Shown here: positions 36,153 through 49,600 of the stretch, one piece after another
Position numbering within the stretch: the first letter of the stretch is position 1
How the letters are laid out: every line of letters starts with the position of its first letter
NCBI GenBank assembly: GCA_030390025.1
Contig: CM059452.1
Span: forward strand, 7,564,001 to 7,628,000
DNA: 64,000 nucleotides
Direction of reading: 5' to 3'
DNA from: Squalus acanthias
Lineage: Eukaryota
The notes under the pieces: generated by a model
The model's database searches: none
The model's input: only the letters and a program-made list of their open reading frames with translations
Told to the model about the DNA's origin: nothing
Translations under genes and position numbers: made by a program

Positions 36153-36470
36153 CATCCATTTCAGTACAGGCAGTAATCAGAGTCTCTTGTTTGTGGAGTT
36201 CAGACTGGAAAATACAGCCTGATCCGATCGGGTTCCTCCAGTTAAAGTTATTGCTGTCATTGTTGGGATAAGCGAAATTTCTCAACCATTTTAACCCAGG
36301 GTCAAATTCAGACATTTCCACCCCAGTGTTAGCACAGAGCTGACTCTGGGATGAATAACAGGATCGATCTCTACAAATAAATGTCCTGGGTGTCGTCAAG
36401 ATCCGCCAGGTCACATTTTAAAAGCTATCTCACTGGTGCCGAGGGCTGTCCACTTATCATGGCCCTCGTA
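36153..36470 (-). pseudogene. Highly degenerate V-like relic
   Basis: FR3-like ataactttaactgga...tcggatcaggctgtattttcc then CACAAAC-23-ACTGAAATG; CTCF-like site downstream at 36017. Confidence 0.4.
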
Positions 36471-36998
36471 GTCTTGAGGCTTCGACTAGTAATGGAGCTC
36501 ATTGACTGTGGTGGGAACTGAATCATACCGAGGATTGAATTGATTTAGATAATTTTTCTCTTTTCACCTTAATGAGAGACAGAGAGAGAGAGAGAAAGAG
36601 ATAGAGAGAAAGACACCGAGCTAAACAGAGCGTGTGACACCGAGGCAGAAAGAGAGAGAGAAAGGGAGAGACAGAGAGAAACAGAGACAGAGAGATAGGC
36701 AGACAGAGAGCGAGAGTCAGAGAGGCAGAGAGAGAGATAGAGTCACTGACTCACTCTCATAGCTTGGCAAGGATAGGGTTTGTAGGGAGACATCAGTAAT
36801 TGATCCACAACTAACACTGATTGGTGCACAGCTGGTGTCAGTTCTGAGAGACCAGCCAATCCTGTCCTTGGGAAACGCCCCTCAGTCTCCCAATAAGTGA
36901 AGTCTGCCCCTGATCTGAATTTACTCTTCAGTATCAGACGAGAAGGGACAACACATTTCAAACATTGTTATTTTCCATCGCAACCTGAATCAGACACC

Positions 36999-37474
36999 AT
37001 GTGCTCCCCATGTTCCTTATTGGTAATAATGATCGTGCTGCCCGGTGAGTCTATCTGTAAATGGTCAGTGCGTGTTCCATGGGTTATATTCACTCCAGAC
37101 GTTTGACACATTCTTTATTTTGTTACAGGAACGAGTGGCAAAGACTCAGTGTCCCAGGATCCGCCTGAATTAATGGTTCAGGAAGGACAAACCATTATAC
37201 TGAACTGCAGTTACTCGGCAGCGTACACTGGCTCAACTCTCTTCTGGTACAGCCAGTATCCCGGGGAAGCTCCCAGATATTTACTGAAGCGATATAGCTC
37301 GGTGTCCGGAGACAAGTCTCCAGATACCCAGACAGGTTCTCTGCTGATTTGGACCAAGACAAGAAAACGGTTCCTTTAAATATCTCCGGGGCTCTTGTCT
37401 CTGACTCTGCCGTGTATTTCTGTGCGCTGAACCCCCACACTGTTACAGGGGCGCAGTCAGTCCGTACAAAAACC
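36999..37474 (+). pseudogene. TCR V segment with a single frameshift (leader 36999-37044; V exon from 37129)
   Basis: MCSPCSLLVIMIVLP|GTSGKDSVSQ...LNC...FWYSQ; frame shifts near 37325 before DRFSADLD...DSAVYFCALN; RSS CACACTG-23-ACAAAAACC at 37436-37474. Confidence 0.87.
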
Positions 37475-37809
37475 AGCAAAGGACTCTCACCTCCTCTCAC
37501 TGAATCAGATCTGGGACCTGGATTGTGATCAGATAATAGAACGGAAAGCAAATTATTCCGACGTGTTTGGCCGAATGACCCTGTTTCTGTCCTGCAATTC
37601 TATGTAATATCCCCCTTTATATCGGCTGTGGGTAGTTCTCATGGTCAGTGAGCAGCTCTTTTAACGGGACCCTCGGGCACTTATACATAACCATTTCCCT
37701 TCACTGCCCCCACCGCACATACTGCCCCTGTTAAAGGGCGAACATTGGGTTTAATCCCCGTCCAGTTCTCTGTTGTGAGGAGAACAATTTCACTCCGTTC
37801 CCCGCGCCC

Positions 37810-37990
37810 CGCTCTGACGTCATAAGTTGGAGAACAAAGGAGCTGTGAGCTGATTGGATGAAATGGAGAACAAAGGACACGTGTGCCGATTGGATGAATT
37901 GGAGAACAACGGACCCCTGAGCTGATTGGATGTCACCTGTTGACTCTGTCAGGAATGAAGCAATCGGCAGAGAGACCGGATATTATTTAA
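37810..37990 (+). promoter_or_regulatory. V-gene promoter with TGACGTCA (CRE) and repeated inverted CCAAT boxes
   Basis: tgacgtca near 37815; ~36-bp units gagaacaa...gattggatg x3; shorter paralog at 8345-8470. Confidence 0.55.
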
Positions 37991-38067
37991 TATCTTCCAA
38001 CTCTTGACTAAAACAATTACAGGTTCAACCCATTTCTGTTCAAATCCGCCATCAACTCTCTGCAAAC

Positions 38068-38630
38068 ATGTTGGGTGTGACTTTTTACTCAGTCGTCACA
38101 GCTGCAGCTCTATTAACTGGTAAGTTCACAAGTTACACAAACTTCCTCTTGCAGGTGTCACTAACATAGAGAACCTTTTAACTGTGTTTCTCTATAATTC
38201 CCATATATTCCGTCACCATTATTATATTAGTTATAATGAAATGACAGTAAGAGCTTACAGTTCTGTATTTCTAAATTTTTGCAGGTGTTACTGGTGCAGA
38301 CTCGCTCTCAAAGGGGCCGATTACAGCGATGCAGTTTGAAGGAGACTCGGTGACCATTAATTACAATTATTCGATCACTGATACTTTCTATTTCTTACAA
38401 CTGCACCGTCAGGACCGGGACAAAGGCCCCACATTCTTGATCTACATCCCTTCTGCTGGGGATGTTTCCAAAGCAGAGGGCGCGGGGGCTCGATTTTCTG
38501 CATCTCTCGACACTTCGAAAAGTGAAGGGAATTTCACCATCGGCGGCCTGCGGCTGTCTGACAGCGCGGTGCATCACTGCGGGCTGAGAGACACAGTGAC
38601 AGGAACCAGAGGGAGCCTCGTACAAACACA
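38068..38630 (+). pseudogene. TCR V segment, open frame but first Cys and conserved Trp lost (leader 38068-38119; V exon from 38285)
   Basis: VTINYNY, LQLHRQ, SAVHHCGLR; RSS CACAGTG-23-ACAAACACA at 38592-38630. Confidence 0.85.
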
Positions 38631-40102
38631 CCGCCGGAATGTGACAAGGTCAGTGGGATAACGGACAGTGTGGAGAGAAACGGGGACTTACTAAACTTGT
38701 GACCAGAAGGTGCTGATTTAAAATATACCCCAAATAAACAGCAAACCGAGAGCAACAGATAGGCATCGGGGAAACTTTCCTCTGGTGCTCCTGAACATAG
38801 TGAAAAGATGTGTTTAGAGAATTTATACCAGTTCATAAATAAAAGATATTGCGGCAGAAAGACTGCCCAAACAATTGGACATTGTGTTCCAGCCGTTCAA
38901 GGAGCTGCACACACCAGGCAAACCCAGCGGCAGGTCTATAACACCGAGGGAACGCACTGATTGTGCGCAGGAAATAGTATCAAAACTTTGGATTTACATA
39001 AAGCCTTATCCAGTGTGTTTAGATTCCCCAAAACACTTCTGGTGTGTGATCAAGTAATCATTGAGTTAGATAATTAGTCTGATTTGTATCTGAATAAACA
39101 ACCTACCATGGTTATTTTGATTCATCTAAATTTTGAAACTTGTTTTATTCCTGTTACTAGCATCACCTTTTCTATCAAGTGCAGTTTATTTATTTTTTAA
39201 GCTCTAATTGCCAGGACACGACGAAATTCACCTTTCTTATTGTTATCTGGCATTTTCTTAAGATTCTGTCCCGGAGCACCGCGTGCAATGCCTGGGTCAA
39301 CCACCAGGGGGCGGCGGGACTCCACCCTTCCGCTCAGTGAAGTCCGCGCCTTAGTTTCAGATGGAGTTTGTCAACTGTATATGAGGAACCAGTTGGCTGC
39401 CGGAAATTATTGCAATGGAAAAGGGTTCGATCGAAATCAACTCCTGATGTGAAGATCAGAAACACAGACGAACCGTCAACTCACCAAATTGGCACAATAT
39501 TTGTTTAAAAAGCAAGATGGTGACACCGAGAATTCTATATCCCTGTAATGAACGACCACTGACGGTGAAGGAAGGGGAGCGGATACAATGATCAGTGTGA
39601 GGTGATGTCAGGCACGTGTTGAATTGGTTCAGGAACATTTTTTATTCATGTTTTTAGTTCATGTGGACGTCGCTGACAAGACCGGCATGTACTTTCCATC
39701 TCTACTTGCACTGATACAACTGACGGTCTTGCTGGGCCGCTTCATAAGGCAGCTAAGAGTCAACCACATTGGTGTGGGACTGGACTGGAGTCACCATTTC
39801 AGGACAACGGGGGACCGGCAATAAAGGCGGCCTCGCCAGCGACACCTGCAGCCCGAGAATGAATTAACATTCCACTTCTATTTATCCAATCAAACTGGGT
39901 CTCTCTCTCGTATATCCAATCATCGCAAGGACCGTTAACGGACGGTCCCGATTGGTTTAACCTGCAGCACGTGATTTGCCATTGAAGAATATTGCCGCGA
40001 GCTGCTCAGTGCAAAGACTGGATCAGCTTCCCAGCAAAGGAGAGAGTATTGGAAATCAGCTCGATCCGGAGAGGCCCACACTGGCTGGGATTGTCGGAGA
40101 TC

Positions 40103-40607
40103 ATGCATTTCAAATTCACCCTTTTGACTACCCTCACCTGTTTAACATTTGGTAAGTCTTTTAAGGATGTTATAGTACAAAGCTACGTGAAACAAAGTTT
40201 CATATTAAACCCACAATTAACCTCCAATCAATATTTTCAGTCTTTCCACCAGATCTGAGTCAGGGAGATTCTCTGTCTCAGGATTGGTCGGCTGCAGTCC
40301 GGAAAATGAGACAGACTTTCAGAACGCAATGTAGCTATTCAACAACAGCAGGCTGGTACGACCTGTATTGTACCGAAAGTATTATGATACACCCCCGGAG
40401 ATGATCGTGTGGAGAAGTTAGAGAAACAGTTGGGGAAAGGCAAAAAATATTGGGAATCGCTTCACTTCTGAATTAAAGACATGCTCAGAAGTATCTATTT
40501 TAACCGTCACTGATCTCCAGCTGAGTGACACAGCGCTGTACATCTGTGGATTCGTCCCATCGCTCCGACACAGTGATATGACCTAGTTCTCCTCTCGTAC
40601 AAAAGCT
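40103..40607 (+). pseudogene. TCR V pseudogene (leader 40103-40151; V exon from 40253)
   Basis: MHFKFTLLTTLTCLTF|DLSQGDSLSQ...QCSYST; frameshift at the WY motif; RSS CACAGTG-23-ACAAAAGCT at 40569-40607. Confidence 0.83.
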
Positions 40608-40687
40608 GCCTGCGGTCTGTTTTGGCGGTGATGTGTTTCAGTGCGGTCAGAGAGAGCTGCAGCATCGACTGCAATTCCTATGGGCTG

Positions 40688-41140
40688 AATCATTGAATCA
40701 TACAGCACAGAAGGAGGTCTTTCGGCCATGGTGCCTGTGTCGGCTCTTTGAAAGAGCTATCCAATTAGTCCAGTTCCCCGGTTTTTTACCCATAGCCCTA
40801 CAGATTCTTGCTTTCCAAGTATTTATCCAATTCTCTTTTGAAAGTTATTATTGAATCTGCTTCCACCACCCTCCCAGGCAGTGCGTTACAGATCATAACG
40901 ACTGAGTGCCTCAACAAATTTCTCCTCCTCTCCCTTCTGTTGTTTTTGCAAATTATCTTAAATCTGTGTACTCCAGTTACCGAGCCTCGTGTCAGTGGAA
41001 ACAATTTCTCCCTGTCTACTCTATCACAACTCCTCATAATTTTGAACACTGCTATTAAATGTCCTCTCAACTTTCTCTGCTCTATTGAGAACAAAACCAG
41101 TTTCTCTAATCTCTCCACATAACTGAAGTCTTTCATCCCG
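40688..41140 (-). mobile_element. CR1 LINE 3' fragment
   Basis: ORF 40798-41136 SYVERLEKL..FS...LRG.LI.VFKI. Confidence 0.85.
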
Positions 41141-41194
41141 ACATGGCAAGAGAGCCCCAGGTGGGCAGAGGAAACGCTTCAAGGACACCCTGCA

Positions 41195-41745
41195 TCCTAC
41201 AGTTTTGATCTCCTTACCTAAGGAAGGATATACTTGCCATAGAGAGAGTCCAACGATGGTTCACCAGACTGATTTATGGGATGGGAGGATTGTCCTACTA
41301 GGAGAGATTGAGTAGACTAGGCCTATATTCTCTCGATTTTCGAAGAATGAGAGGTGATCTCATTGAAACATACAAAATTCTGACAGGGCTTGACAGGGTA
41401 GATGCAGGGAGGATGATTCCCCTGGCTGGGGAGTCCAGAACCGGGGTCACAGTCTCAGAATAAGGGGTCGGGCATTTAGGACTGAGATGAGGGGGAAATT
41501 TCTTCATTCAGAGGGTGGTGAATCTTTGGAATTCTCTACCCCAGAGGGCTGTGGAGGCTCAGTCGTTGAGTATATTTAAGGTAGAGATCAATACATTTTT
41601 GGATGTTAAAGGGAACAAGGTTTATGGGGATAGTGCAGGAAAGTGGAGTTGAGGTGGAGGATCAGTAATGGTCTTATTGAATGGCAGAGCTGGCTCGTGG
41701 TACCGAATGGCCTACTCCTGCTCCTATTTTTTGTGTTCTTATGTT
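41195..41745 (+). mobile_element. CR1 LINE 3' fragment
   Basis: Close match to 33465-34010. Confidence 0.85.
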
Positions 41746-41829
41746 ACCTGAGATAAGGCCTATTATAATATAAACAAAGTAATGGGCTGTAACAAATAAG
41801 GGAGGTCCCAGTGCAATAATTACTGATAC

Positions 41830-42145
41830 AGCGACTAGTGTAATATAAACTGAGGCAGGGTCTAGTGTAATATAAACAGAGACAGCGTCTAGTGTAATAT
41901 AAACAGAGGCAGGGTCTAGTGCAGTAATAACTGAGACGGGGCCTAGTGTAATATAAACAGAGACAGGGTCTGGTGCAGTAATAACTGAGACGGGGCCTAG
42001 TGTAATATAAACAGAGACAGGGTCTAGTGCAGCAATAACTGAGACGGGGCCTAGTGTAATATAAACAGAGACAGGGTCTAGTGTAATATAAACAGAGACC
42101 GGGTCTAATGTAATATAAACAGAGACAGGGTCTAATGTAATAATA
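41830..42145. repeat. 27-bp minisatellite block 1
   Basis: (tagtgtaatataaacagagacagggtc)n. Confidence 0.95.
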
Positions 42146-43177
42146 GTCAGATAATTACAAATATATCAACCTCATGTCAGGTACAGGTACAGACAGTTTC
42201 ATTTTTACCATCACTTGCACCAATCATCACACACTCGAGGTGTATGTCAGGAGATTCTGTGTGATGCTGAGGTGATCACTGGACAATAAACCACAGAGAC
42301 TGGTGGGTAGCTGCTCATTATCCTCGGTGTGATTTCATTCCCTTTCCAACTGAATACTGCGGACAGACAGGCTCACCATGGTAACGGACTGGTCAGTGTG
42401 ACATCACTTTCTAAACAAGAGCACTCAAGAGAATCGGTTATTAATAAATGTTAAATGTTAAAGATATTAAGCAATTTGCAATTACATTTTGAATAAAAGA
42501 AAATGTTCAAAAATAATTGTGAAGATAATCATTTATCATTGCAGAATGCACTTGCAAACATCAAAAATGATGTATTTTTACACACACACTCACACTGACA
42601 CTCACACATATAGCAAACACTTTGTAAGCGCTCTTTTCAGTTGTTCCTCTTAACCAGATTGTAAATGATATGGTGTACATTAGGACCCTGCATCCGCCCA
42701 TGCGGAGGTGCTGTAAGGTCATGGTTCCAGCTGCTGTCACCCAATCAGTGGGTGACGTGAAAGCTAAATAGAAAATAATGAAGGAAAAAAATCCTTAACA
42801 TTAAAAAAATTGTGAGCAATTGCACATTCCAACACAAGTATCAATTAGTAAAATTTAACACAACGGAGTTTGCTACTAAGTAGTGCAAAGTGCAGTGAAC
42901 TATTGCTCACCTTTAGCCCTGTCCCTCGATCCCAGTTCATCTCTGTGAGATTGTTACAAGATTCACCCCATCCTTTCAACACAAATATGACCGACAAAAT
43001 ACCAGATCAATTAAAAATCGCACGCTGCTCCTGATACTGATGAACAACAGCAAAGGTATGCTTCCAACCATAAATGTTTGCATCCTCCCGCCCATTCACA
43101 CATATAGCTTCATTTACATTAATACCTGTCTATCCATCCAGCAGAGATATGGTCCAGAACAATGATAGCTGCGAAAG

Positions 43178-44856
43178 GGCCTAGTGTAATATAAACAGAG
43201 ACAGGGTCTAGTGTAATATAAACAGAGACAGGGTCTAGTGTAATATAAACAGAGACAGGGTCCAGTGTAATATCAACAGAGACAGAGTCTAGTGTAATAT
43301 AAACAGAGACAGGGTCCAGTGTAATATAAACAGAGACAGGGCCAAGTGTACTATAAACAGAGACAGAGTCTAGTGTAATATAAACAGAGACAGGGTCTAG
43401 TGTTATATAAACAGAGACAGGGTCTACTGTAATTTAAACAGAGACAGAGTTAATTTAATATAAACAGAGACAGGGTCTAGTGGAATATAAACAGAGACAG
43501 GGTCTAGTGTAATATAAACAGAGACAGGGCCTAGTGTACTATAAACAGAGACAGAGTCTAGTGTAATATAAACGGAGACAGGGTCTAGTGTAATATAAAC
43601 AGAGACAGTGTCTAAGGTAATATAAACAGAGACAGCGTCGAGTGTAATATAAACAGAGACAGGGTCTAGTGTAATATAAACAGAGACAGGGTCCAGTGCA
43701 GTAATAACTGATGCAGAGCCTAGTTTAATATAGAGAGAGAGACAAGGTCTAGTGTTATATAAACAGAGACAGGGTCTAGTGTAATACAAACAGAGACAGC
43801 GTCGAGTGTAATATAAACAGAAACAGGGTCTACTGCAGTAATAACTGAGACAGGGCCTAGTGTAATATAAACAGAGACAGGGTCTACTGTAATATAAACA
43901 GAGACAGGGTCTAGTGTAATATAAACAGAGTCAGGGTCTAGTGTAATATAAACAGAGACAGGGTCTAGTGTAACATCAACAGAGACAGGATCTAAAGTAA
44001 TATAAACAGAAACAGGGTCTAGTGTAATATTAACAGAGACAGGGTCTAGTGTAATATAAACAGAGACAGGGTCTAGTGTAATATAAACAGAGGCAGGAAC
44101 TAGTGTAATATACAGAGAGAAATGGTCTAGTGTAATAGAAACAGAGACAGGGTCTCGTGTAACATAAACATAGACAGGATCTAGTGTAATATAAACAGTG
44201 ACAAGGTCCAGTGCAGTAATAACTGAAACAGTGTCTAGTGTAATATAAACAGAGACAGGGTATAGTTTAATATAAACAGAGACAGGGTCTAGTGCAATAC
44301 AAACAGAGACAGGATCTAGTGTAATATAAACAGAGACAGGGACTAGTGTAATATAAACAGTGACATGGTCTAGTGTAATATAAAGAGAGACAGGGTCCAG
44401 TGTAATATAAACAGAGACAGGGTCTAGTGTAATATAAACAGAGACAGAGTCTAGTGTAATATAAACAGAGGCAGGATCTAGTGTAATATAAACAGAGACA
44501 GGGTCTAGTGCAGTAATAACTGAGACAGGGCCTCGTGTAATATAAACAGAAACAGGGCCTAGTGCAGTAATAGCTGAGACAGGGTCTATTGTAATATTAG
44601 CAGTGATATGGTCTAGTGTAATATAAACAGAGACAGGGTCTAGAGCAGTAATAACTGAGACAGGGCCTCGTGCAATATAAACAGAGACAGGGTCTAGTGT
44701 AATATAAACAGAGGCAGGCTCTAGTGCAGTAATAACTGAGACAGGGTCTAGTGTAAAATAAACACAGACAGGTTCTCATGCAGTAATAACAGAGACAGGG
44801 TCTAGTGTAATATAAATAGGGACAGGTTCTGCTGCTCTAATAACAGAGGCAGGGCC
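43178..44856. repeat. 27-bp minisatellite block 2 (~60 units)
   Basis: Same unit, with the variant tgcagtaataactgagac. Confidence 0.95.
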
Positions 44857-45579
44857 TGCTTAGTGGAAGGCAAACAATCGAGCTTTCGCTGCCACCTGGT
44901 GGCAAAGCTTTGCCATTGCTCCTATTAGGAAAATTAACCCAGTCCAACGCCGGCATCTCCACATCATGAAAATTAAGATGTCAGTTACTGTTTCTGATAT
45001 TAATGCATCAAGAAGCAGCTTGCGTTGAAGTACCACCTCATCACATTCTACGGGAGTTCCCAAAGGATTTAAAGTGCAACTAATTGCAGGTGACCGTGGC
45101 CGATAAGCGCACAGAAAGATCAGCAAAAGAGCAAAGTGGCTCGATTCCTGTTACTGTATTTCTGTTGAACTTGGTTGAAGGGAGGAATGTTGACCCGGAC
45201 ACAGTCTGGGGCCCTGGAATCTTTAATGTCCACCTCAACAGAAAAGGTGTGGCGGGAGGGGAGAGATTATTCGTTCAGGAAAGGTCGTTCCTTTTCAGTG
45301 CTGCACCGATTGGACGCCTAGTTTAAGTGCTTAGCTTCTGAAGTTGAGGTGAAGTCTACAATCTACTGATTCTGAAACCGGAATAAAGTCACTTTAGCCA
45401 AGCTGTTACTAAAATGCTTAATGGGTTTAGGTGACATTTGCGCAAAGAAAGTGCAGCAAAACTATTTAAAAATAATACCGGTTAATATTGTTGATATTCA
45501 GCGTCCAAATACTAATATCACAAATAGCAACTTCAACAATACAACTACAAAACTTTTGATTCGTGCAATTTCAATGCAC

Positions 45580-46100
45580 TGAATCATGGGATCTTACGGC
45601 ACAGAAGGAGGCCATTCGGCCCATCGTGCCTGTGCCTGTTCCAGCTCTTTGAGTGAGCTATCCAATTAGTTTCACTCTCCTGTTCTGTCTCCAAAGCCTT
45701 GCAAATGTTTCCTTTCAAGTATTTATCCAATTCCCTTTTGAAAGATACTGTTGAATATGCTTCCGCCACCCTTTCAGGCAGTGCAATCCAGATCATAACA
45801 ACTCGCTGCATTAAAGAATCTCCTCACATCCCCGCTGTTTTTTTGGCAATTATCTTAAATCTGTATCCTCTGGTTACCGACACTCCTGCCAGTGGAAACA
45901 TGTCTCACTGTCAGCTCTATCAAAACCCTTCATGATTTTGAACAGTTCTATTAAATTTCATTTAACCCTCTCTGCTCTAAGGAGAACAATCCCACCTTCT
46001 CCAGTCTCTCCACATAACTGAAGTCCATCATCCCTGGTACAATTCTAGTAAATCTCCTCTGCACCCTATCCAAGACCTTGACATCCTTCCTAATGTGTGG
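45580..46100 (-). mobile_element. CR1 LINE 3' fragment
   Basis: QRVVMIWIALPERV...FKRELDKYL. Confidence 0.8.
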
Positions 46101-46464
46101 ATTGAAATACATTCAATCTTTATTTCTCCTTCAGATTATCTCTAAGGGAACATGCTCTCTTAAAATTGGACTGAGCAGTAATCTGAGTAGTATCAATATT
46201 GATAGCAATGATATTACTTGTTCTGACAGTGACCTGTGGGCACAGCAACATCGGCCTCTGCACGATTCATGTTTCAATAAGATCACTGTCGCCACCTGCT
46301 GATGCGCAACATCCACTACAGACCCCTTAGTTTATTAAACATGATTCATAATTCCGCATTTACCGAGTTATGTTCACCTAGAGGAGTTTCTCAGGCGAAC
46401 CAGAAGAGGGGCAATGGATCAGGAGGAATTTAGGGCGGAATGGCTAAAATTACTGTTATAAATT

Positions 46465-46608
46465 CAACTTCACCTCTTCTTTGGCCAAAACCTATCGAGC
46501 GGTCAGTTGAAGGGTTCCACAGGTGACAGCCGGGGATTCCAGGAAATGCTTCAGTGTTTTAACACCGCACACGCTGGTGTATTTCAGGCAAGAGCCGACA
46601 CATAAACT
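46465..46608 (+). pseudogene. 3' fragment of a V pseudogene with RSS (paralog of 10160-10301)
   Basis: ttcacctcttctttggccaaaac... ; CACGCTG-23-ACATAAACT; downstream ~300 bp also matches 10310-10600. Confidence 0.7.
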
Positions 46609-49404
46609 GCAGGTGTTAGGTCGCGGGAGACTGTGACATGGTCCAATCTCACGGTGTAGTCCGAAGGAGAAGGATAACAATTCTTCCATCCACAATGTTT
46701 CCTCAATGTGTCATAAACAGACAGATAGACAGAGAGATGTGTCGATCATTGTGTAACCAGAGCATATTGTAATTATTGACCACAAATTGATATGATTTAG
46801 AAAGTACCTGGAATCCCAAATCCCTAAACTCCTCCACAAGAGTGGGAGTCAAATATACTTTCTGGCAGAGAATACCACATTCTCACCTCGCTCTGTGTAA
46901 ATCATGTTTTCTAACCAGGAAATGTATCTTTTGCCGCGTCATATTTACATAGAATATACAGCACAGGAACAGGCCATTCGGGCCAACAAGTCCATGCAAA
47001 AAAGACAATTTCTATCTTGTTTATTTCGGTATCCAATATTAATAAAGCAGTAGGAACATAGGAACACAAGAGGAGGCCCTTTAGCCCCCCGAGACTGTTC
47101 CGCCATTCAGTTAGATCATGGCTGATCTGTATCATAACTCCATCCACCCGCCTTGGTTCCTAACCCTTAATACCCTTTCCTACAAACATCGACCCACCAA
47201 TCTCTGGCAGCAATCAGAACTGAATGCCACTGCCTGTTAACGCTTTCCAATTTTTAATAATTCCCGAGATGTGGGCACCCCGACAAGGCCGGAGTTGACT
47301 GCCCATCCCCTAGTTGTCCCTTGAGGAGGTGGTGGGGGGCCTTCTTCTTCAACCACTGCAGTTTCATACAACTGAGGGGCTCGCGAGGCCACTTCAAAGG
47401 ACAGTTAAGAGTCAACCACATTGGTGTGGGACTACAGTGGTATATCGTTCAGACCAGATAAAGATGAGGACTGCAGGGTTCTTTCCCCAAAGGGACATTA
47501 GTGAACCAGTTGGGGTTTCACCACAATCCCATAATTTCATGATCAGTCTAACTAACACCAGATTATTTCTTTCCAGTTTTTAAAAATCTGAATTGAAATG
47601 CCATGGTGGGATTTTAATTGATGAATTATTAGCCTAGGCCTCGGGATTGCTAATCCAGTCACATTACCACTACACTACTGCATCCTTCTATGCTCTCTGC
47701 CTGCCTCGGCCATTCTATGTGGCAAAGTATTCCAATGCTCCAACAAACCCCTACACCGATATCTCCTGACCTCTCTCTCTCTTATTGACAATTGTAATTT
47801 GATGAAGGTTTGGTTACAGACTCCTCAAGCAGAGGAATCAGTCTTCACATCTTCCCTCCAGTAAAGCTCTTCTAACAAGTAAGAAAAACTCGATTCGATC
47901 CCTTAGCCTTTAAAAACATGATGAAGGCCGACAGTATTGAGAAATATCATTTGTTTAGTAATATGAAGGCCCGGGAAATACCAATGCGTCCGGAAATCTC
48001 GCTCCGTCCATCTGTCGCTATTTCTGTTAGTTGGCGCAGAGACAGTTTGTTACTCCTGAGTGTGGGGTATTGAGCGGGAATGGGAACTGTACACAAACCA
48101 CATTAATAATCCGTCGATTATGGCAGAGCGCCTCTTATACAAGGGGGAGGGGGTTAATCAGGAACCAATCAACTCGGAGCCATTCGCCCAAAATCACATC
48201 ACCAATAACACTTCAATATTAACAATTCATTTTAAAGCACTATGGGACATTAAGAAAGGGTTTGAAGCTGCACATTTGGACCATGAAACTTACGTGGATT
48301 CCCATATATTCCCATAATGGCTCCTCATTCCAGTCTTTATATCACTATACCACTCTCCACGAACCTAATCAGGTCCCAAAACAAAAGTACAACCTTCTGA
48401 GAAATATGAATCTGCTTGAATCTCATGTCACAGAGCACTGAGCCTATAACATGTCCAAAATTGTCATTCAAATCACCAAATTCAACAACTTCACCGACTC
48501 AGCTGTCTGCATGATGTACCATGTCCTCTCTAGTCATACATCTCCATCACACTGACCCCATCAACCTGAGCACATCTCAGTGATGTACTGACCTTACCCG
48601 CCCAACTGGTGAACAATTCATTTAGTGAATGAATGGACTGAATGGAAAGGCTCTGGGGACTGCGCTTAAAGGAGTTAAGGGCATTTTAATTTTCGACCAC
48701 AATGTCCAAAACCCACGGGACATATTTCGCTGTGGCAATGATTACAATGAATATATGGCGGTAAAGAAAGTCACAGTTCATGCTCCTTTTATCCGTGTGT
48801 TCAGAATGGTGTGGCTGCACCCGTCTCACAGAGGAGCAAGGATTTAGGTAGAGAAGTGGAAAAGTTATGAACCCGTTGATCTACTATGTTTCCGCATTGA
48901 TTGAAGTAATTCGGGTGAGGATATATTGAGCGCTTTGTTGTACAATGAAAGGACCACATGTTCCAAAGATGATACTTGGCTCTTCTCAACCCAGACATGT
49001 GCTCGCTTTATATCTTGAGATGGAGTTTGCCCATCACCACAGAAGTATCATCAGTACCGCGTGGATACCTTCATGCTTCTCTTCGTGATATTCAGCTCGT
49101 TAGAAATGGACACTGCATGGAGGGAAATGATACAGAAAATCAGGAAGGACTGGAGGCGCCAGACTGACACAAATGTAAAGGGGCTGCCTCGTGTTAGGAA
49201 GTAGAGACTCACAAAGGTGAGAATGTGGAAACGCAACTTTAACGCCCATCCATCCATCCATCCATCCATCCACCCATCCACCCATTCATTAATCCGTTCA
49301 TCGACCGATTAATAAAAATTCAGACAACTAACTATCCAGCTATTCTGCATCGTTACATCCATCTACGTAAACATGCATACTTATTTATTTCAGAATGTAT
49401 CCTC

Positions 49405-49600
49405 NNNNNNNNNNNNNNNNNNNNNNNNNNNNNNNNNNNNNNNNNNNNNNNNNNNNNNNNNNNNNNNNNNNNNNNNNNNNNNNNNNNNNNNNNNNNNNNN
49501 NNNNNNNNNNNNNNNNNNNNNNNNNNNNNNNNNNNNNNNNNNNNNNNNNNNNNNNNNNNNNNNNNNNNNNNNNNNNNNNNNNNNNNNNNNNNNNNNNNNN
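49405..49600. other. Assembly gap
   Basis: Run of N. Confidence 1.

Noticed and set aside
42905-42945. J-like WDRGTGLKVS on the minus strand
   Set aside because: Lacks the first Gly of WGXG and has no upstream RSS; probably chance
41830-44856. CRISPR-like appearance of 27-bp repeats
   Set aside because: Head-to-tail units with no unique spacers, in a vertebrate genome; a minisatellite
48640-49060. Possible very old V relic
   Set aside because: No convincing Cys/Trp/YxC framework or RSS could be read
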